The notes below the pieces were generated by a model. The model was not told where the DNA came from. It saw only the letters and a program-made list of their open reading frames with translations, and did not search any database. A DNA stretch of 64,000 nt. It comes from Balanoglossus misakiensis. Its lineage: Eukaryota; Animalia; Hemichordata. This document shows positions 56,767-64,000 of the stretch, in pieces. The DNA lies in assembly GCA_040954595.2 (NCBI GenBank), contig CM082576.2, positions 3,508,760 to 3,572,759 on the forward strand, read 5' to 3'. Position 1 is the stretch's first letter. Each line of letters begins with the position of its first letter. A program made the translations under genes and the position numbers.

Positions 56767-59700
56767 TTTTAATGCCTACTTTTGAGTGAGAGACAGCAAT
56801 AAGTGTTTACTGTATTGTATGCTGTAATTTAGTCTTATAAGATGATACTGTGTAATATCAGTTGAGACATCAACATTTGTAACAAGACGAATCTCTTGAA
56901 CTTACCGCTTTAGTTACAATAATAAAGCACCTTTTTTCCCACCGCCATCATTTTTTATGAAAACTTGTGATCTCTTGATAATGCTTCAATAACGATTGTG
57001 ATGAGTATATTCAAATTATGCAAATTATTTTATCATCGACCAATCGCAGCCGTACCATCATATTCGAATGCGCGGTGTACGATTGCGCACGCATAATAAT
57101 ATCACACATGATCACGCGTGATAATAGAAGGAAGTACGTTGAATCAAATGAAGTCATTGTTAAAATATTTTGAAGTTTGTAAATTATTAGAATATACATT
57201 TCACTGCCTTTCTGGGCCATCTTGGAGATACAGCGGCATCCTGCGTTGTCAGCAAACAATCACATGAAATATACACTTAAAAATAAATAGCGTTTTTAAT
57301 AGAGGCGGCTTTATTGCAAACCTTTGTTTGCGGTCGACAAATTCTACTACCAAAATGTAACCGTCTGCCAGTTGAGGAAAATATGAAAGATTAAATAAAC
57401 TCGTTTTTACTACGTTTCTCTGTGAATGGTACGGAAAACTCATATTTTTGATCTGTATTTATTTAAATCGCCTTGCCATGGAAAAGCGTGATTACTTTTT
57501 TAAAGTCATGTATTGACAGATTTCTATTCACCTCTAAAAATAAAAGCATTTTGTGTTTAACTGTTTCTGTATTCACAAATCGGAAACGGATATTACATTA
57601 ATTGAAATATAGACCTCTTGTCTTGACTTGAAAAGTATACTGACGCCATGACTAAATACAACTGAACACCTCTCTGAGCCCCCCCCCCCCTAAACAAAAT
57701 AAGTTCATTGCCCCTTACGGATTTCTGGTTTTCATTCTGACGTTTATGGCTATTATTTTGTCTTCTGTCGAAGACTGCCAGTTAGTTTTTCACACGATTA
57801 ACACTGGGGTGCTCTCCCAACTTGTGGAAGTACCACACAAGGGGCGTCATGGCCTCTCGACATTTGTTTTTTTCAAACTTCGGTATCCTAGACAAGGTTG
57901 GAAAACTAAATAACAGGGGGTTCAAGGCCCAGAGAACAAAGACTTTAATCAAGGAGGTCTTTTATAAACTAGTTTGCCAAACACTATTATTCGCAAAGCA
58001 ACGTTGTTGTGGCACTGACCAAGGGATATGCATTCTCTTTGGGGATTGGTTAATTGGACTGCAACCACTATGGATGGGAAAATGGCTCGCACTCCCAGAT
58101 GTCAAGTTCAACAAAATGACGTTTGAAAACCGTACTGGTCGGGGATGGGAGACAAAAGAATAATTGTATTAAACATAAATTATAATTGTCAAGAGAAGTT
58201 TAATAACCAACAAATGATATTGAAAACAAATGGTATGATACTAATACTTTCTCATGGTTGATATATAACTGGACTGCTCTTTGACAAAATCTAGTCAGGG
58301 TGGTTCACATGGCTGAGAATGACAAGAGTCTCTGCCTGTTTTTGCACGCCGTGTTGTAACCCTAAGGTGGTTCATTCTGTTGATGCAAATGTAGCTTCAA
58401 TCCAATATTTTGTCAATTCCCTTCATATATGACTGATTTATGTTGTTTATAGAGGCACCGCAAGGAGAGGTTTATGAAAATAAGTTAAACGGACTTTGTA
58501 ACAATAAAGGCGGATCAGACGAACCAACCCACAAGGACCGGCGGCTTACCACTGATATCACGGATCCGATAGTGACATCCGTGCGTGCATTACCTACGTC
58601 AAATGGAGATTTGATAGAGTTTGCACCCGATAAAACTCCTTGATCAGAGTGGTGACGCATTACCAAGATAAAGAGGGACTTGTTTGTAATTACTAATTGT
58701 CGACAATATTGATAACATTAAAAGACAATTCAAACCAATCCAACGATTGGCGACCGGTTATCCTTGAAACACAAATCATAAAGCGCGGAGCACAGTCGCT
58801 TGAATACTGTGGCACTGGGTGAGAAATGTCAAGGAATTATTTGAGACAACTTTGTAATATTAATTCTTGAAAAGAATCTGATGGAATATACATGTAGTAT
58901 GCATGGATAAATAATGTTGATTTGACTCGATTCTGTATATACCGTTATATGTATGAAATTTAATTATATCACGTTTGTCTACAAATAGTTCCCGAAGTTG
59001 CTAAATCAAAACCGTTCGCATATAATTTTGTTAAATAAATGGACAGGGCGCTTTTATCTGTATGTAAAGGGGTCATGTTTTACGATCGCAATGTTTGCGA
59101 CGAATTGCTCGGTTTATTCTGCAGTGTTCCCCTTTGATCCTTCATATATTTTGCTGCTATGAATGCTAATACCTTTATCATCAGCGAAACTGTCGGCAAA
59201 TAACATCATCATGAATCATCCGACCATAAACCGCCAAAGTAATGATAGGCCAACACAACACAAAGGAAGTACTTTTGGTTATTTCCCCGTAGAAGATTTA
59301 TCTCCCATTGTGTTGCAAGCCTACATCTGTGGTTATATTTTTAACTGTCACGATTAGTAACATTCAACAAAACATTTACGATTTAGGCCTACCCCGTTGG
59401 GGTGGTATTCTCGAAGATGCTGGAACTGTCTGAGACCTGGCCACTTTTAGGGATTTCCATATCTTTACATTAGCTCCATAAAGTGTTAGAATTTTCGTAT
59501 TCAGAGTGCTAAAATGTAAATAGCGAGGTTTACTCTGCATCAACCTGTAATATGTACTGGTATACTATGCCAAACTGTTGGTTTTAGATGTCTGGTGTTA
59601 CTCTGCCCCCAACGTCGGAGTAAAGGAAATCGTCCTTCTAAGACCCCCTAGCTATCTGAATTTTCTCTTAAAAAATGGCGGCCGCGTGTGTATTTTGACT

Positions 59701-59993
59701 CGTGTGGGACATCAGCACGCGAAGAGAGTATAGTAATTTCTCAAGACCTCGTGGCTTAGCTGGTAAGGTAAGTTCGACCCTCACAGGAGTTGCGTGTGAA
59801 TATGGCAATGGTTTTGTCCGTGGTGGGTCCAGATTTACGGAGATCGCTTTAGAAGCTTCACCGGTGCAGTTGTTGCCCACCTCGTGTGGCTTGTAAACAA
59901 CAAGAACAGAGGCAAACGTCACATCTACGTAGACCAGCGAATTAAACGACGTACCGTCCTCTTGGCCAGCTACAGCTACCGCCGCCGTGGTGG

Positions 59994-59994
<1 letters not shown>

Positions 59995-60048
<54 letters not shown>
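59995..60048. repeat. (GAT)18 microsatellite in the putative first intron of AQR
   Basis: Directly visible; lies ~80 bp upstream of the acceptor at 60128. Confidence 0.95.
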
Positions 60049-60147
60049 CTTAGCAGTGTAAAACTGTCTCCAAACAAACATTATTTCATGGTTGTGGTAC
60101 CTTCACTTACTCATATCATATATTGCAGGTGAACTGACATTATCAAA

Positions 60148-63100
60148 ATGAGTGGTGCGAAACGTGCAGCAGCTCCTACTGTGGAGCAGATTAATGCTGA
60201 CATCTTGACACAAGTGAGTACAATCCTCTTCAAACTTGAGTCCTTGCAGATGAGCATCTAAGTCAAAGAACATTTCACACATGTGTAAAAAATACATGAA
60301 TTATCTTTTGTGCAAATACACTCAATGTGCAAGTTCACTAAACCAGTATTTTTTTAAAAATTTCAGCTGGCAAGCCATTATTGGGCACCCCATAGCCTGC
60401 AGCCTAGAAAGCCCTTTGAGTCAAAGGTAACCTATCTTTATGACACAGATCAGAAACTTGTTCTCTGTGGAAAGATAATAATGTATAGAAATAATGAAAC
60501 TGTGAGCATTTCCATCCTTCATCATTTTGCATTTCTTTTTGTTTCCTAGGTGATAGAGGATATTTATAGACAAGAACTTCTTGGCTCAAAGTAAGTGAAT
60601 GCTTTTGTTATAGAGAAGTTGAATCCTGATCTTATTTTGATGGAAGCTCAGGCCCATATCCCATTAGTTGGACTGGTTCCAGTAGAATCATAGAGATTCA
60701 ATATTCTGCCCCAGATTAAAGTTATCTGAGAGTTTGTCAACGTAACTGAAGACATTTGATGAGATGGATAATCTTCCCAATTTTTACTCTTTTTCAGATT
60801 TGCTATCAGGAGAGTTATGTTGCTCGAATTCAGTCAGTATTTGGAAAATTATCTGTGGCCAAATTTTCACCCGGCTGAGGTAAGTGTATCAACCTGACAA
60901 CCTTTTGATACATTTATCGATTCTTGTTGAGTAATGGAAATTCTTTAAATGAAATGTGTAGCTTATAGTTTCTGTTGAAATTTTACAGGCATCACATGCT
61001 CACTGCTTGAGTATTGCTGTCATGATCAATGAAAAATTCAGAGAGAAAGTACCAGCTTGGCAGGTAAGTAGTGTTGTGGAAACTGTTCCTAACTCTTCCT
61101 GAATCCTGAGGGTTGGGGATAGGGTTGGGGTAAGTGTCTGGTGGGCAAAAATGTTCCAGAACCATTATAATGTGGGGTATTAAACATACTGAAGTCGAGA
61201 AATTATACACAATTTTGATTGAAAATGTTTACTGGGTAAGGTGACACACAAAGTAAAACCGTACATAAGGAAGTGATTTGCTAAATTGTTGTTGATTTGA
61301 AATCTTCCTGCAGGTGTTCAAAAACAATCCTGAGCATTTTCCGGCATTTTTCCGCAAAGTCTTGGAGTTGAGTCTTGCCGAGGAGTCAGTGATAACAATT
61401 CGAGAGCAAGCCCTGCTGCTGACTTTTGTGATACACTGCTTCAATAGCCTTGTAAGTATGAACTTCACTTCCTGCAGAGAAAACAATCACGCAAGTTTTT
61501 CGTTAAGTTCAGTTGTTCAACATTCAAAAATGGTGATGTATCCACTTTTGTGGAAGGTTGTTTCTACATCAGGTATATCCTGGTCGTATATTTTTCCGTT
61601 AACATTATTTTGGCGTTTTGTTAACAGGAAGAAGATTTGATCAGAGAACAAGTTCAAAGGTTGCTTTCACTTGCCATGTGGGTGTGTCTACTCCCGGTAA
61701 GTGGAATTCAAATCCTATCAAGTCCTTGACAGCATCTTTTGCACACACATAAAAGAAATGGGTGAAGTTGGAAGCATGAGCATACCCAGCAACAACTGTA
61801 TCACATTGGACAATAAATCAAACCGAAATTCTATATCTTTCATTCCAGGGTCGACTTGAACAAGAACTGAAGAGTCATCCAAAATACAAGAAGTTCTGGG
61901 GAATAATCAAGAAAAACGATGGCAAGGCTGATGAAAAAACTTTGGCAAGGTACTGTGGTATCATTCATTGGAATTGCTCTCATTTTGGAAGAATTTGTGA
62001 ATTGTATTGGTTGAATAAGTCAGACCATTCACCGCCAGCTACATGTGCGTGATGCGAGATTCTGTTTCATATTTGCAGGTTGGATTTTGAACGGAGATTC
62101 ATGTCCAGGATAATTGATCATTTCTTTACTGTACTCAACCAGATACCAGAAACCGGTAAGTTTTCTGTTCAGATAATGACATAGACATGCTATCTGGATG
62201 TATTTGATGTTATTCATCACAGCGTTAAATTTAGAACTAGTGTCAATGACTGTATTTGTTTCACTTTTTTTCCAGGCGACGTGTCCAGACAAAAAGTCCA
62301 TTATTGTGAGAGATTTCTGGAGCTTATGATTGACATGGAGGTAAATAATTGACAGATTTTGCATAATTCTGGAAAGTGCAGGAATCTTTTTAACAATGAA
62401 AGTTGGAAATTGTCCTGCGGAATATTGGTTGTCCATTTTAATGCTGGGGGTGGGGTGGGGTCAGGGGTGATGTTGTAGTATTGAAATATCTGATGACTTT
62501 TTCCCTTGACACAGAGTCTGTTACCAGCCAGGAGGTTCTTCAATGCTGTCATGGACAACGCTCACCTTGTTGTCAAATGCAGAATGTCTAAGTTGGCCAA
62601 AAGGAAAGAAGGAAAGCTCTTCACCCAGGTAAGAGGTTATCTAGAACGGTTCGGCAAAATGAACAGAAATACATAAGTGAAAAAGTTTTCGTTTAACCCT
62701 TTCACCCAAGTTCCCTCTTTAGAGGTCCACCTTCACCATAGAAAACAATGGAATTTGACCATACCAAGGTGATTTGATAACTCTCTTCACTGTTGTATTT
62801 CTTTCTCTACAGTTACTGGATTCTTTGAAGTTTTACGCTGGATTTGAAATCGACGAGAGGACAGGGGAGGCGCTGACAGATCACGACATGACAAACCTGC
62901 ACTATGACAGGATCATCTCCCTTCAGGTGAGTCTTATAATACTTTCCTGCAGTGTGAGAGGATTGTGATAAATTCAATATCTTTGCCAATGCAAAGAATA
63001 GGCATTGTATAGTAATGAACATTTTTCATTTATGTTGGCAGAGGGGTGCATTCAAATATTTTCCAGAGTTGAAGAAATTTTCCATGGCCAACGTTGGTAG

Positions 63101-63940
63101 TATCGACACAAGAGAGAAACTGCTTGCTCATTTTGAGCCCCTTAGGTGAGTGAGACATCTGCAAAGATTTGTTATTGCCGAAAGATTAAAACAAATACCT
63201 GTATATTGTCACGGAAACAGTGTTTAGTCTGACTCTGAAATTTGACTTGAATTCCTGCAGCACAGAGAAACTGCATGAAATTGCAGCATATCTCAACCTT
63301 GTGTCGCCGTTGGAATCAGGTGAGAAGTTAGAAAAGGAACTTCTTCTAGAGTTGCTGGTTTCAAGACACGAAAGAAGACCATCGCAGCTCCAAGCACTTA
63401 ATCAGATGCCACTGTATCCGACCGAAGTAATTCTCTGGGATGAAAATATCGTACCGACAGAGTACTTCTCTGGGGAAGGTACAATCATTTTGTGCATTTT
63501 TCCCCCAGTGGTAGTGCATATTAAACCTCTTCCATCCACATGTAAAGATTTCCTATGGGCTTTGAATTTTTTCCCCAAAACTGATAAAAATGCTGGTAAA
63601 TACTGCTAATATTGTAGTAATGTTGAACCATTTCTTTTTTCCATATCAGACTGTCTGGCATTGCAGAAACTGAATTTGCAGTTCTTGACATTACATGACT
63701 ATCTTTTGAGAAATTTCAATCTCTTCCGACTGGAGTCGACATGTAAGTATACAGGTGTATCAATTACTGAGATGTGGACATTACATGTTACACCAAACTT
63801 TTAATGCATGTAGTGTCAACTGCTGGGTCTGACATGGTGGTTTTACACAAGGTGGTTTTATATTGAGTGCAAGTTCCCATTCTTTTGGCAGATGAAATTC
63901 GTCAAGATGTCGAAGATTCTGTGAGCAGAATGAAGCCATG
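60148..63940 (+). CDS. AQR: RNA helicase aquarius (intron-binding spliceosomal factor), 5' portion; at least 16 coding exons, continuing beyond the window
   Basis: [31 protein letters not shown]; [20 protein letters not shown]; [12 protein letters not shown]; [14 protein letters not shown]; [19 protein letters not shown]; [14 protein letters not shown]; [25 protein letters not shown]. Confidence 0.96.
62693..62773 (-). mobile_element. Second copy of the short TTAACCCTTTCACC-terminated interspersed repeat, in an AQR intron
   Basis: The reverse complement of 62719-62772 aligns with 2640-2695. Confidence 0.6.
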
Positions 63941-64000
63941 GTAAGCAAAAATATTTTTAGAAATATGTAGAAAAATATATCAAGATGAGACTTGTTCAAC

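Noticed and set aside
59668-60132. Poly-Ile and poly-Asp ORFs
   Set aside because: Artefacts of the (GAT)18 microsatellite.

Overview
Gene-dense, intron-rich eukaryotic (animal) genomic DNA, most consistent with an invertebrate deuterostome such as a hemichordate; this is inferred from gene content, not established. All exon junctions I traced are GT-AG. Gene order: 3' part of pyruvate carboxylase (+), DMAC2/ATP5SL-like (+), two tandem ST6GALNAC1/2-like sialyltransferases (-) plus a decayed third-copy exon, MED29 (-) head-to-head with PAF1 (+), two tandem B4GAT1-like glycosyltransferases (-), a 6-CCP SUSD4/SUSD6-like membrane protein (+), an SLC16 monocarboxylate-transporter-like gene (-), and the 5' part of AQR (+). 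I found no prokaryotic system, CRISPR array, or tRNA/rRNA gene, and no convincing wholly new multi-gene system. The best leads are the birth-and-death sialyltransferase array with exon-restricted gene conversion, a catalytically divergent B4GAT1 paralog, the MED29-PAF1 bidirectional pair and wider synteny with human, a pre-miRNA-shaped intronic hairpin, and paired perfect palindromes between convergent 3' ends. Exon boundaries were read by eye and may be off by a few bases.
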